A stretch of DNA of 63,685 nucleotides, the filler included. It is 8 parts of 8 records of this genome, joined end to end, with 100 filler letters (N's around TTAATTAATTAA, not from the genome) between each part and the next. Parts side by side here need not be neighbours in the genome. Positions count along the whole stretch, not along the records: positions 31,206 to 44,699 come from SRR31147125_8284; positions 44,800 to 51,063 come from SRR31147125_8314; positions 51,164 to 58,036 come from SRR31147125_8337; 5 more parts are not named here. The stretch is one strand, 5' to 3'. The notes under the pieces were generated by a model, which was not told the origin of the DNA, did no database searches, and saw nothing but the letters and a program-made list of their open reading frames with translations. The position numbers were made by a program, and so were the translations under genes. How positions within the stretch are numbered: position 1 is the first letter of the stretch; each line of letters begins with the position of its first letter. Shown here one piece after another: positions 41,595 to 52,081 of the stretch.

Positions 41595-42956
41595 GTGAAA
41601 ATGAAAACCCGTAAATTTGTTATCAAAAGTGCATTGGTTGCTGCTTTAGGTGGGTTACTGTTTGGATTTGATACAGCCGTTATATCCGGCACCATAGATA
41701 CCCTTCAGACACTTTTTAATCTAAGTGATGCTTGGCTTGGATTCACCGTAGCGAGCGCTCTTATTGGAACGATTATCGGATCCATTGTTGTTGGCTGGCC
41801 TACTGATAGAATCGGTCGCCGCAATATGCTTATGTGGCTGGGCGTGTTTTATTTTATCTCGGCTGTGGGCAGCGCTTTGGCGTGGGATTGGTATTCCTTT
41901 CTGTTTTTCCGTTTCCTGGGTGGTTTGGGAGTTGGAGGTGCGTCTGTTGTCTCTCCAATGTATATCGCGGAAATCTCTCCGGCCAAATCCCGCGGTCGTC
42001 TGGTTGCACTGGCACAGTTTAATATCGTGTTTGGTATTCTCCTGGCGTTTTTATCCAATTATATTATTACAACCTTACACATTGGGGCCGCAGAATGGCG
42101 CTGGATGTTTGCTGTTGAGGCTTTACCTGCAGCCGTCTTTTTCATTTTGTTATTTTCAAATCCATTCAGCCCCCGATGGTTAGTGGCAAAAGGTCGTGTT
42201 GAAGAGGCAAGGCAGGTTCTGCATAAAATCGAGGTGAATCCCAATGCTGCCGATGACGAATTGGCTGCCATCCAGGAATCCCTGGACCTCGAGCATCATA
42301 AAGTGAATGAGCCGTTTTATACAAAGACGTATCTCAAACCCATTATGCTGGCTTTTTTAATTGCCTTTTTTAACCAGGCCTCCGGGATCAATGCCATTCT
42401 CTATTACGCACCAAAAATATTCAAGATGGCGGGCGCGGCAGCAGAAAGTGCCATGCTGCAGTCGGTTATCATTGGATTGACTAACCTGATCTTTACCATG
42501 CTCGCGCTGGCTGTTATTGATTTTTTTGGCCGGAGGAAACTCATGTTGATAGGTTCCATTGGTTATATTGTCAGTCTGGGAACAGCATCCTGGGCGTTTT
42601 TTATATTTGGTTCGGATTTTTCATCTGTCGGCGGAATCATTGTGCTAAGCGCGATAATCCTTTTTATCGCTTCTCACGCTTTTGGGCAGGGCGCTGTCAT
42701 TTGGGTGTTCATTAGCGAGGTTTTTCCAAATCGCGTTCGTGCCCGCGGGCAGGCTCTGGGCTCTTTTACTCACTGGGTATTCGCTGCTGTTATTTCTCAA
42801 ACTTTTCCGATAATAGCCGGTAAATTCGGTGGGGGTGGTATTTTTGCTGTTTACGCATTTATGATGGTGCTGCAACTCATTTGGGTTCTGACAATCATGC
42901 CGGAAACCAAAGGAGTGCCTTTGGAGGAAATTCAGAAAAAACTGGGGATTAAATAA
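41595..42956 (+). CDS. Sugar porter family MFS transporter (XylE/GlcP-like)
   Basis: GGLLFGFDTAVISG, DRIGRR, YIAEISP..RGRL, PETKG. Confidence 0.95.
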   Translation: MKMKTRKFVIKSALVAALGGLLFGFDTAVISGTIDTLQTLFNLSDAWLGFTVASALIGTIIGSIVVGWPTDRIGRRNMLMWLGVFYFISAVGSALAWDWYSFLFFRFLGGLGVGGASVVSPMYIAEISPAKSRGRLVALAQFNIVFGILLAFLSNYIITTLHIGAAEWRWMFAVEALPAAVFFILLFSNPFSPRWLVAKGRVEEARQVLHKIEVNPNAADDELAAIQESLDLEHHKVNEPFYTKTYLKPIMLAFLIAFFNQASGINAILYYAPKIFKMAGAAAESAMLQSVIIGLTNLIFTMLALAVIDFFGRRKLMLIGSIGYIVSLGTASWAFFIFGSDFSSVGGIIVLSAIILFIASHAFGQGAVIWVFISEVFPNRVRARGQALGSFTHWVFAAVISQTFPIIAGKFGGGGIFAVYAFMMVLQLIWVLTIMPETKGVPLEEIQKKLGIK

Positions 42957-43143
42957 TTCTGTTTTTAATTAACATTTTGTTGGGTAGAGTGCCCGGTCGC
43001 TGTGCCGGGCATTCCTGCTTATCCCTTTTTCCTATAATTCTGTCTGCCCGGACGCAGCAAAAAGTATATAATCAAGCTCTATAAAGGATTATATCAATCA
43101 ATAATCACGGCGTTATACAAATCCCGAAAATTGAGGTACCATT

Positions 43144-44571
43144 GTGAACCGTAGAAAATTTCTAAAAACGTGTGCCAAAAGCCTGGGTGCTGTTTCGTTG
43201 GCTGCTCCGATTTATTGCCGATCAGGAAAATCAGGATCCAATCCAAACATTGTTCTCATCGTTGTGGACGACCTTGGTTGGAAAGATGTCAGGTGCTATG
43301 AAAGTACGTTTTATGAAACACCGAATATAGACCAGTTAGCCGCAGAGGGTATGCGTTTTACCAATGCCTATTCTGCCTGTCCTGTGTGCTCACCCACCCG
43401 GGCTGCGCTTTTAACAGGAAAGAGTCCGGCAAAATTACAATTCACTGGTCATATCACCGCTATCGGTCGGCATCGTTATCCTGAACATGGCCGCATTATT
43501 CCTCCTGATGATCGTATGTTTATTCCTCTTGAAGAAGTGACCATTGCAGAAGCATTAAAGCCGGCAGGATACCATACCATCAGTATTGGTAAATGGCATG
43601 TTGGAAATGAGGAAAAATATTACCCGACGAGTCAGGGATTTGATGTTAACATTGCCGGTTACAAGCATGGCAGTCCACCGTCCTATTTTTACCCTTATGA
43701 AGATCCTGATAAAAAATGGAATCCGGGCATTCCCACACTAAAGGGAGGCAAAGAGGGAGAATACCTGACCGACCGCCTGACAGATGAAGCGATTCGATTT
43801 GTCGACAATTCCAAAAACAGGCCCTTTTTCCTGTATCTGCCATTTTATGCCGTTCACACACCTTTGCAGGCTCCGCAGGATCTCATAAACAAATATGAGA
43901 AAAAGTTAACTATGGATTCCTCTCAAAAGAACGCTATTTACGGGGCCATGGTTGAACGTATGGACTTTAATGTCGGTCGGTTGATGAAAAAAATATCAGA
44001 CCTGGGACTGAGAAAAAACACGTTAGTGATTTTGGTAAGTGATAATGGCGGTCTTGCAACTGTTACGAATAATAAACCATTACGTGAGGGAAAAGGTTTT
44101 CTGTATGAAGGGGGTATTCGTATACCACTGGTCATAAAGTGGCCGGGGCACATTAAACCTGGTAGCGTATGTGAGACACCAACCATTAGTCATGACCTTT
44201 ATCCCACAATAACCGACATTGTTACGGGCTCGCAACCGGGTAAAGGTATTGAAGGCAAAAGTCTGGTACCGCTTTTTAAAGGCAAAAAGAAATTAAAACA
44301 AAGAGAGCTGTATTGGTATTATCCCCATTACAGTCCGCAAGCCAAAGATCCGGCTGCAGCTGTCAGGGAAAAGGATTACAAGCTCATTCATTTTTACGAT
44401 CCGGAACGAACAGAGCTGTATAACCTGGCAGATGATGTAGGTGAACAGAATAACCTGGCTGAAAAGATGCCGGAAAAGGTACAGCAACTCGACAAAAAAT
44501 TGGCCACATGGTTGAAATCCGTACATGCAAAAAAACATACATTGAATCCAAACTATGAGAAACGTAAATAA
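43144..44571 (+). CDS. Formylglycine-dependent (Cys-type) sulfatase, Tat signal
   Basis: NRRKFL, PNIVLIVVDDLG, CSPTRA, GKWH, YEGGIRIP. Confidence 0.94.
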   Translation: MNRRKFLKTCAKSLGAVSLAAPIYCRSGKSGSNPNIVLIVVDDLGWKDVRCYESTFYETPNIDQLAAEGMRFTNAYSACPVCSPTRAALLTGKSPAKLQFTGHITAIGRHRYPEHGRIIPPDDRMFIPLEEVTIAEALKPAGYHTISIGKWHVGNEEKYYPTSQGFDVNIAGYKHGSPPSYFYPYEDPDKKWNPGIPTLKGGKEGEYLTDRLTDEAIRFVDNSKNRPFFLYLPFYAVHTPLQAPQDLINKYEKKLTMDSSQKNAIYGAMVERMDFNVGRLMKKISDLGLRKNTLVILVSDNGGLATVTNNKPLREGKGFLYEGGIRIPLVIKWPGHIKPGSVCETPTISHDLYPTITDIVTGSQPGKGIEGKSLVPLFKGKKKLKQRELYWYYPHYSPQAKDPAAAVREKDYKLIHFYDPERTELYNLADDVGEQNNLAEKMPEKVQQLDKKLATWLKSVHAKKHTLNPNYEKRK

Positions 44572-44699
44572 CCAAGGTTGAATCGATTAAATGGCGCAAC
44601 GGTATCATAAGATCGCCTATAGATTGTATGGATTTATCGAAGGTCAGTGCAATGGATTCCCGTCAGGAACATGCAGTTCCTATATTGAAAATGCCCCCT

Positions 44700-44799
44700 N
44701 NNNNNNNNNNNNNNNNNNNNNNNNNNNNNNNNNNNNNNNNNNNTTAATTAATTAANNNNNNNNNNNNNNNNNNNNNNNNNNNNNNNNNNNNNNNNNNNN
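44700..44799. other. Artificial contig linker
   Basis: N-run with TTAATTAATTAA. Confidence 0.99.
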
Positions 44800-45264
44800 G
44801 AACACGGAGGCGCCCACCCCGGGATTAAAGACTCTGGTTTAGCTCGCCAAGCAACAACAAGTACAGGCGAAGCTGTTACTTATTACGATGGTGTAATTGG
44901 CGATGGATGGATGTATGACGATAATGGAAACCTTGTTGAAAACACTGTTATGGTTGCTGCTTCGGCATACCACAATAAACGCTACAAACGTCAAAACGAA
45001 GAAGAAGGTATATACGATGCCACTTACGTAAAACTAAGGGAGATTCGTTTAGGTTATACAGTTCCTTCAAAAATTCTTCAGAATACACCAATTGCTTCTG
45101 CTAAAGTTTCGTTAATTGGCCGTAATCTCGCATTGTGGACAGACTTCCCACACGGAGATCCTGAAACATTTGGCATGAGCGGCAACTACCTGATTACAGG
45201 AGTTGAAGATTATAATCTTCCATCGCTTCGCAGCATTGGTTTTAATATAAACCTTTCTTTTTAA
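44800..45264 (+). CDS. SusC/RagA TonB-dependent transporter C-terminus (5' truncated)
   Basis: YDATYVKLREIRLGY, GRNL, DPE, PSLRSIGFNINLSF. Confidence 0.92.
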   Translation, partial: EHGGAHPGIKDSGLARQATTSTGEAVTYYDGVIGDGWMYDDNGNLVENTVMVAASAYHNKRYKRQNEEEGIYDATYVKLREIRLGYTVPSKILQNTPIASAKVSLIGRNLALWTDFPHGDPETFGMSGNYLITGVEDYNLPSLRSIGFNINLSF

Positions 45265-45297
45265 TTCCTAAAACGTAAATTTTAAAAGCTTAAAAAA

Positions 45298-46798
45298 ATG
45301 AAAAATATTTTAAGAATAGCAGCACTGGTTCTTGTCGTAATATTTTCGGCATGCGACGATTTTGGGGATATGAACGAAAACCCCAACGCTCCTTCAACCA
45401 TTAGCAACAACCCGGAATTATTGTTAACCGGAATTGAAAAAGATATTGTTAACGAATTGGTAGGCGAAGCCTGGGGAAATGGAAACTTAATGGCACAATA
45501 TGCTGCAAAAATTGTTTTTACATCGTTCGACCAGTTTGAATGGGGAACCCAAAGTGGAACCCAATACGATTCACACTTCTTCGCGCGAGGTACAAAACCT
45601 GCTTACAATTGCCGAAGAAACAGGCAACGACAGCTACAGAGCGGTTGGTTTAATTTTACGCAGCTGGATGTTCCAGATTCTTACCGATATGTGGGGCGAC
45701 ATTCCGTACAGTGAAGCTTTAAAGGGTAAAACCGACGACATTTTTACTCCTGCTTACGATAGCCAGGAAGATATTTATGTTGCCTTGTTAGCCGACTTGA
45801 AAGAAGCAAACACACTACTGGCATCGAGCACTGCTACTGTAAAAGGCGATATAATTTTAGATGGTGATCTTGCAAAATGGAGAAAGCTGGCTAATTCGTT
45901 AAAACTTCGTGTTTTAATGCGTACTTCAGAAGTTAACAGCAGCTCAATTAACCTGGCTAGCGAACTGAAAGAAGTTATCGAAAACCAGTCTTCCAATCCG
46001 ATAATTTTAACCAACGAAGATAATGCTGTAATGACCTACACATCTTCATACCCTAATGTACACCCAAAATCGGAAGCATCGGGGCATCGTATTGGTTCGT
46101 ACGACGAATACCGAATGAGCGAAACTTTCGAACTGGTTCTGGAAGCTTACGAAGATCCTCGTCAGACTTTGCTTTTTGCGCCAACCGAAAATTCGATTGC
46201 GGCAGGTAATCCCGACTACTCGGGCATGATTAATGGAATGGTTGATGGTAACGCCTATGAATACAAGGGCGGTCCGTCGAATCTTTCAAAAATCAATCCT
46301 GACAAATTTTATTATAGCCCAAATTCGGCACAGGCATTAATTATGCAGGCTTCAGAAGTACATTTCTTAATTGCAGAGGCAGCTATTCGCTATCCTGAGA
46401 TTGCTGATATTGTTGATGCGCAAACTTATTACGAAGATGGTATTGCATTAAATTTTGAATACTGGGAAGTTGAAATGCCGGCTGATTATCTTACCCGCAC
46501 ATCGAACACCGATGCATACACGGTTCCGGTTGCTTTCGACGGAGAAATTGAAACAGTAATCACGCAAAAATGGATTGCTTTGTTTTATACCGACTACCAG
46601 GGATTTTTCGATTACAAAAGAACCGGTTTCCCAAGTGTAATAGCGCCCGGCCCTGATGCCCAACGCGATATTTATCCCAGCCGTTTTGAATACCCCAGCG
46701 ATGAACAATCGTTAAATAATACGAATTACGAAGCAGCAATTAGCAATCAAACAAGTGGAGAATATTCGTACTGGACTCCGGTATGGTGGGAAAATTAA
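45298..46798 (+). CDS. SusD/RagB lipoprotein, frameshifted near 45560
   Basis: Lipobox SACDD..N.NPN; LTDMWGDIPYSEA, W.KLANSLKLR, ITQKWIA, RTGFP. Confidence 0.88.
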
Positions 46799-46904
46799 GA
46801 AAAAGCACAAAGCCGGAAGCGAGAAGTAATGGAATTTCTTTACAACTTCAGCATCCCGTCTTCGGTCATATTTTATTATAGAATTTAATTTGGTTATTAA
46901 GAAC

Positions 46905-46933
46905 AATCCGGCGGGTTTAATACCCGTCGGATA
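46905..46933 (+). terminator. Rho-independent terminator-like hairpin
   Basis: ATCCGGCGGGT...ACCCGTCGGAT followed by a T-rich tract. Confidence 0.6.
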
Positions 46934-47001
46934 TTTTCTTTTCACTTTCAAATTATTCTTATTTTTGATACAACAATCTACAACTAACAATATCTCAAAT
47001 T

Positions 47002-48945
47002 ATGAAAGCCCTGATTTCCAGCCTTCTTATATTCTTCTCTAATTTTTCAGTTGGCCAACAATTTTCGACTGTTCCGTTTATCCATTCGCACAACGATTAC
47101 TTGCAAAAAATGCCTTTCCTGGAGGCATTGGAAGCTGGGGCAAAATCAATAGAAGTTGATTTATTTTTAGTTGATGAGAAACTTTTTCCGGCCCACACAA
47201 AAAAGGAGATAAATAAAGAAAACACACTTGAAAGCTTATACATTCTCCCTTTAAAAAAATACCTGGCAGAAGAGGAAGAAATCCACCGGTTTCATTTAAT
47301 GATTGATATAAAATCTGAAGCTGTCTCTACCCTTGCCGCCATTGAAAAAACGCTAAAAAGATATCCTGAAATTTTTTCAAAAGAAGGCATTCAGGTTGTT
47401 ATATCAGGAAGCAGACCTGAGCCAGAGAATTATAAAAACTACGCCGATTTTATCTGGTTCGATGGTCGCGAGCCTTCCGATGCCGAAAAGCCGGGAGGAA
47501 ACAAAGTTGCAATAATCAGCCAGAACCTATCGAAATTTACACATTGGCGTGGCGAAGGAGAAATTCCTGAAAAAGAAAAACAGGAACTTATAAATTTTAT
47601 CAGTGCTTGCCATTCAAAAGGCAAAACTGTTCGTTTCTGGAACACCGGCGACAATGAAACCATGTACAATTTTATGTATTCGATTGGTGCCGATTATATA
47701 AATGACTCTCCAAAGGCCGTACAAAACTATCTTCAAAATTGCCTTAAAGGTCAAGAACTTCCTGCCTGGCAAGAAGGTTATTTCGATATTCACCACATAA
47801 ATACCGGGCGCGGGAATGCATCTTTTCTAACTTTCCCGGATGGAACGACAATGCTTATCGACATGGGCGACATGTCGGAAACACACCCCCGCACTTTATC
47901 TAAAAGAAACACTCCTGCCCTGCCCAATAATTCAAAAAGTCCGGCGCAGTGGGTAGCTGACTACCTGCTACAATTTAATCAAAAAAAAGAAACCCTGAGG
48001 ATTGACTATACACTAATTACGCATTACCACGACGACCATTTTGGAGAATTAGATGCTACAAAAACTAAACACGAAAAAGGCAATTATGCACTCACCGGAA
48101 TTATGGAACTGGGGAGCATTATTCCTGTCAAAAAGATAATTGACCGAGGCTCTTCTTTTCCAATTGATTTTAAAGATGAAAAAACACTGAAAAAGTTCAA
48201 CCTTCTGAAAGACGACTATTCGATGATTCAAACGCTTGAGGAATATTGGAAATTCATTGAATATCAGAAGCAGTTCGGATTAAAATATGAGGAGTTCGAA
48301 ATTGGCTCAACAAATCAGTTCAAACTTCTGAGCTCAGACAAATACGATTTTAAAGTTCGAAACCTTTTTGCCAATGGAAAAATCTCTGATGAATCGGGGA
48401 ATATCATTTTCGAAAAATTTAAAACAGAAGAATACCCGGGCGAGAACAACCTGAGCACCGGAATTAAAATAACATACGGAAATTTTGACTATTACACAGG
48501 TGGCGACATTAGCGGAATTGACGGACTGGGACAAACCGATAAAAACAGCATGGAAAGCAAAGCTGCTCCTGTTATTGGCGCGGTTGATGCGGCCGCATTA
48601 AACCACCATGGAAACCGCGATTCGCAAAATCCTGATTTTGTTGCAGCACTTCAGCCCCGAATTTGGTTACAACCAAGCTGGTCATCAGATCATCCGGGAG
48701 AAGATGTATTACGAAGAATAACATCAAAAGCATTATATCCGGGCCAGCGCGATATTTTTTCCACTTCAATTTTAGAAGCCAATAAACTGGTAATTGGCGA
48801 CCGCATAAACCACTCGTACAAAGCTACTGAAGGACATATTGTGGTTCGTGTTTATCCGGGTGGAAAAAATTACACAGTATTCGTTTTAAACGATAAAAAC
48901 ACAAAAAGAGAAATTGTAAAATACTTTAATTACGAATCAAGATAA
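47002..48945 (+). CDS. PLC/GDPD-like phosphodiesterase domain fused to a ComEC-like metallo-beta-lactamase-fold hydrolase
   Basis: HSHNDY...SIEVD, MIDIK, VRFW (N-terminal); HHINTGRGN, LIDMG, THYHDDH, GGD, NHHG (C-terminal). Confidence 0.8.
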   Translation: MKALISSLLIFFSNFSVGQQFSTVPFIHSHNDYLQKMPFLEALEAGAKSIEVDLFLVDEKLFPAHTKKEINKENTLESLYILPLKKYLAEEEEIHRFHLMIDIKSEAVSTLAAIEKTLKRYPEIFSKEGIQVVISGSRPEPENYKNYADFIWFDGREPSDAEKPGGNKVAIISQNLSKFTHWRGEGEIPEKEKQELINFISACHSKGKTVRFWNTGDNETMYNFMYSIGADYINDSPKAVQNYLQNCLKGQELPAWQEGYFDIHHINTGRGNASFLTFPDGTTMLIDMGDMSETHPRTLSKRNTPALPNNSKSPAQWVADYLLQFNQKKETLRIDYTLITHYHDDHFGELDATKTKHEKGNYALTGIMELGSIIPVKKIIDRGSSFPIDFKDEKTLKKFNLLKDDYSMIQTLEEYWKFIEYQKQFGLKYEEFEIGSTNQFKLLSSDKYDFKVRNLFANGKISDESGNIIFEKFKTEEYPGENNLSTGIKITYGNFDYYTGGDISGIDGLGQTDKNSMESKAAPVIGAVDAAALNHHGNRDSQNPDFVAALQPRIWLQPSWSSDHPGEDVLRRITSKALYPGQRDIFSTSILEANKLVIGDRINHSYKATEGHIVVRVYPGGKNYTVFVLNDKNTKREIVKYFNYESR

Positions 48946-49007
48946 TAACAATTAGTTGAGGCCAGGACTTCAAGCTCCAAGCTTCTTACTTCCAATTTTA
49001 TTTGAAA

Positions 49008-50090
49008 ATGAAAACAAAATTATTTACACTAATTGCTTTCCTAATGGGATTAAATGCAATAGCACAGAATGTAAACAACATTCAAATGCCGGAGTTGCTA
49101 AACGAACGCGGCAGAAAAACAATCAATGTCCCTGATATTTTGGGATACAAAACATTAAAGTGCGATTTTCATATGCACACCATCTTTTCCGATGGTATTG
49201 TGTGGCCAACGTTTCGTGTTGACGAAGCTTACAACGAAGGCCTTGATGTTATTGCCATTACCGACCACATCGAGAATAATCCGTCGAAACCACATGTTGG
49301 TGGCGACGACAACTCTGCCTACGAAATTGCCTTACCACGAGCTAAACAAAAAAACATTATCCTTATTCATGGAGGCGAAATTACCCGTAGCATGACTCCG
49401 GGACACTTTAACGCACTTTTTGTAAAAAACACAAACGCACTGGATACTCCCGATTTTATGGATGCGTTTAAAGCAGCCAACGAGCAAGGTGCTTATGTAA
49501 TCTGGAACCACCCCGGATGGAAAGCCCAACAACCAGACACCTGCAAATGGTGGAACACACATACCGAACTGTACAACAAAGGCTTATTCCACGCAGTTGA
49601 AGTTTTTAATGAAAAAGAATGGTACCCGATTGCTTTAGATTGGTGCATAAACAAAGACCTTGCTGTTATTAGCACATCAGACGTGCATGGCATAACTTCG
49701 GAAATTTATAACCTGAAAAAATACCATCGCCCAATGACTTTGGTATTGGCAAAAGAACGCACAGAAGAAGCCGTTCGCGAAGCACTGTTTGCCAGGCGTA
49801 CCATTGCATATTTTGGTTATAACCTGGCCGGAAAAGAAGAATATTTAAAAGCCTTTTTTAATGCAGCGGTTGAAGTAAAATTTTACGACGAAATAAAAAA
49901 AGGAAAAAACTACATCGTTAAAAATACTTCCGACGTTCCTTTTCAACTCTACTCTGAAAGAATAAACTTTACAATTCCGGCAAACGGCGAAACAATTGTT
50001 ACCATACCCAAAGCTTGTAAAAATAATTTTAAAGTAAAAAATATGTTCACTAAAGGAACTGAGAACCTGACAGTTTCGCTGGATTTATAA
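49008..50090 (+). CDS. PHP-domain phosphodiesterase/phosphatase, secreted
   Basis: LKCDFHMHTIFSDG, AITDH, GHFNALF, WNHP, SDVH. Confidence 0.88.
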   Translation: MKTKLFTLIAFLMGLNAIAQNVNNIQMPELLNERGRKTINVPDILGYKTLKCDFHMHTIFSDGIVWPTFRVDEAYNEGLDVIAITDHIENNPSKPHVGGDDNSAYEIALPRAKQKNIILIHGGEITRSMTPGHFNALFVKNTNALDTPDFMDAFKAANEQGAYVIWNHPGWKAQQPDTCKWWNTHTELYNKGLFHAVEVFNEKEWYPIALDWCINKDLAVISTSDVHGITSEIYNLKKYHRPMTLVLAKERTEEAVREALFARRTIAYFGYNLAGKEEYLKAFFNAAVEVKFYDEIKKGKNYIVKNTSDVPFQLYSERINFTIPANGETIVTIPKACKNNFKVKNMFTKGTENLTVSLDL

Positions 50091-50204
50091 TTCCTGAGAC
50101 AAACTGTTTATACTAAAAGAGGGTAACTATCGTTTTTTTAAGCAGAAGGCAGAAAACAATCTTTAATAAAAAGATTTTCATTTATTTAATTCGGTATTGC
50201 CTTC

Positions 50205-50238
50205 GAGAGGGACGCCAGGCGTCCCTCTTTCTTTTTTA
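50205..50238 (+). terminator. Rho-independent terminator
   Basis: AGAGGGACGCC-A-GGCGTCCCTCT followed by TTCTTTTTT. Confidence 0.7.
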
Positions 50239-50258
50239 TATCTTTACCTAAAAACAAA

Positions 50259-50735
50259 ATGTTAATCGACAATAAAATCTCGCGTTTCTTACCTTATCCG
50301 TACATTTTTTTCGGGAGTGTATTTTTGCTCGGGAGTGTTACGGGAATTATTACGAAAAACTGGATAATGCTTGCAGTAAATCTGCCCATTGCATGGTATT
50401 TATTTGCCACTATTTCAGGAATTGACATTGATACAAGCAAACAGAAATTCAGGACATACAACAAACACTTTGGCCTTTTTAAAACCGGAAAATGGCAAGC
50501 AATAAATCAATACATTGGGCTAACACTGGTTCCAATGAACAACGTATACAAAATGTACAGCCGTTCGAACCGGGTAAACACTTCAATAAAAAAAGAATTC
50601 AGGATTTACCTTATTGGTAAAAATAAAAAGCCCGCACTCCCTGTAAAAATCTGTAAAACTTCTGATGATGCCCAAAACCGCATGGATGAGCTGGCACTTT
50701 GGCTACACTTACCCGTTTTCTCTGTAAAACATTAA
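50259..50735 (+). CDS. Hypothetical membrane protein (two TMs)
   Basis: Two hydrophobic helices followed by a soluble domain. Confidence 0.7.
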   Translation: MLIDNKISRFLPYPYIFFGSVFLLGSVTGIITKNWIMLAVNLPIAWYLFATISGIDIDTSKQKFRTYNKHFGLFKTGKWQAINQYIGLTLVPMNNVYKMYSRSNRVNTSIKKEFRIYLIGKNKKPALPVKICKTSDDAQNRMDELALWLHLPVFSVKH

Positions 50736-50812
50736 TTCAATTTAGATTTTACACATTATTTTTCGTGAATATTCGTTATTTCACAAAGCAAATACAGAAA
50801 ACAGGAAGTCTC

Positions 50813-51063
50813 ATGAGATCGATAATACTTATTTTACTCCTTTCGCTAGTCGTTACTATATCCTTTGGACAATCGAAGACGAAAGGAAAAGTAAAGCGCA
50901 AATACCAAAAAACAGAACAAGTTTCTAAAGAACTTCCAAGGGTATTTGTGCGAGGAGCCGTGTACGACGAAGACTATATCCCGCTTCCGGGCGCAACAGT
51001 TACAGTAGACGGAACTCCGAAGGGTGTAAACACCAATGCCGATGGCGAATATTTTATTGACAA
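50813..51063 (+). CDS. CarboxypepD_reg-like domain protein (probable TonB-dependent receptor N-terminus), 3' truncated
   Basis: Signal peptide; VRGAVYD...PLPGATVTV.GT..GV.TNADGEY. Confidence 0.75.
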
Positions 51064-51163
51064 NNNNNNNNNNNNNNNNNNNNNNNNNNNNNNNNNNNNN
51101 NNNNNNNTTAATTAATTAANNNNNNNNNNNNNNNNNNNNNNNNNNNNNNNNNNNNNNNNNNNN
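51064..51163. other. Artificial contig linker
   Basis: N-run with TTAATTAATTAA. Confidence 0.99.
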
Positions 51164-51201
51164 TGTGTTAGGTGGCCTGACATGGCCGTTATAAAAAACA
51201 G

Positions 51202-51244
51202 AAAACCACCGAATGATACTCAAATGACATCACACGGTGGTTTT
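51202..51244 (-). terminator. Hairpin downstream of the sox operon
   Basis: AAAACCACCG...CGGTGGTTTT. Confidence 0.55.
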
Positions 51245-51330
51245 TAAATTCAAACGTCAAACTGGCCAAACAATGACTGTCAGCGCATCAGTTGTTTTCG
51301 TTCAAACATTAAGTGAATAAACAAAAACGC

Positions 51331-51963
51331 TTACAAACTACCGATCCAAGCTTTAAATTTATCTTCGCCCGCCGGTTTCAAACCGAACTCGGCACCGGCA
51401 TCGACAAATGAGTGAACCATGTCTTTACCGTATCCTCTGGAGCAGGTGAAAATAACACCGGCTTTTCCCTCTTCCTTGCTCAGGGTAATGGTCTGGCAAG
51501 GAACATGGGACATGGGACCTTGAAACAGAAACGGCGCTTCCATCTTGGGATCGAGGAAGTCGAGATTGGTCAGCTTCTCCAGGATGGAGAAGACATCTTT
51601 ACCAAAGAGTGCCATACAGACATTGACTTCTGTGGTCTCGGTATAAACGGATTCCGTAGGCATCTCCGGTTTCCGACCGTCCAGACAGAAAACTGAGGCC
51701 TGGATACCGTTCATTCGGTTGATCAGTACATTGTCCCGGATAACGCTTTGGCACGGTGTTACAGGGATGGTTACGCCAAAGGGGGCGTAGTCGTCCACGT
51801 TACCGGCCTGAACATCCAACCGGGTGATATGGCTCAAATCGACAAGATTCGGCCCCCGGCCTTCTGTGTCATACTCCAGAACCACCTTCCAGTTATCCCG
51901 CATTTCCGTTCTTTTTGCCGTCGCTTTGAAGGAAACCGGTGAATATCGATTGATTTCTACCAT
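51331..51963 (-). CDS. soxG: Sarcosine oxidase gamma-subunit-like (GcvT N-like) protein
   Basis: LVDLSH..RLDVQ, LEKLTNLD, AGAEFGL; last gene of soxBDA; start at MVEINR. Confidence 0.7.
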   Translation of the reverse strand: MVEINRYSPVSFKATAKRTEMRDNWKVVLEYDTEGRGPNLVDLSHITRLDVQAGNVDDYAPFGVTIPVTPCQSVIRDNVLINRMNGIQASVFCLDGRKPEMPTESVYTETTEVNVCMALFGKDVFSILEKLTNLDFLDPKMEAPFLFQGPMSHVPCQTITLSKEEGKAGVIFTCSRGYGKDMVHSFVDAGAEFGLKPAGEDKFKAWIGSL

Positions 51964-52081
51964 TGTTCTATCCCTTGTTTTTCCCTCTATATTGTGGTCC
52001 GATACACTCCATGAGGTCGTCGTGTCATGGGAGAACACCCCATTTCAAAGCGTACCGGAATTTTTCAAATAATACTCGGAT

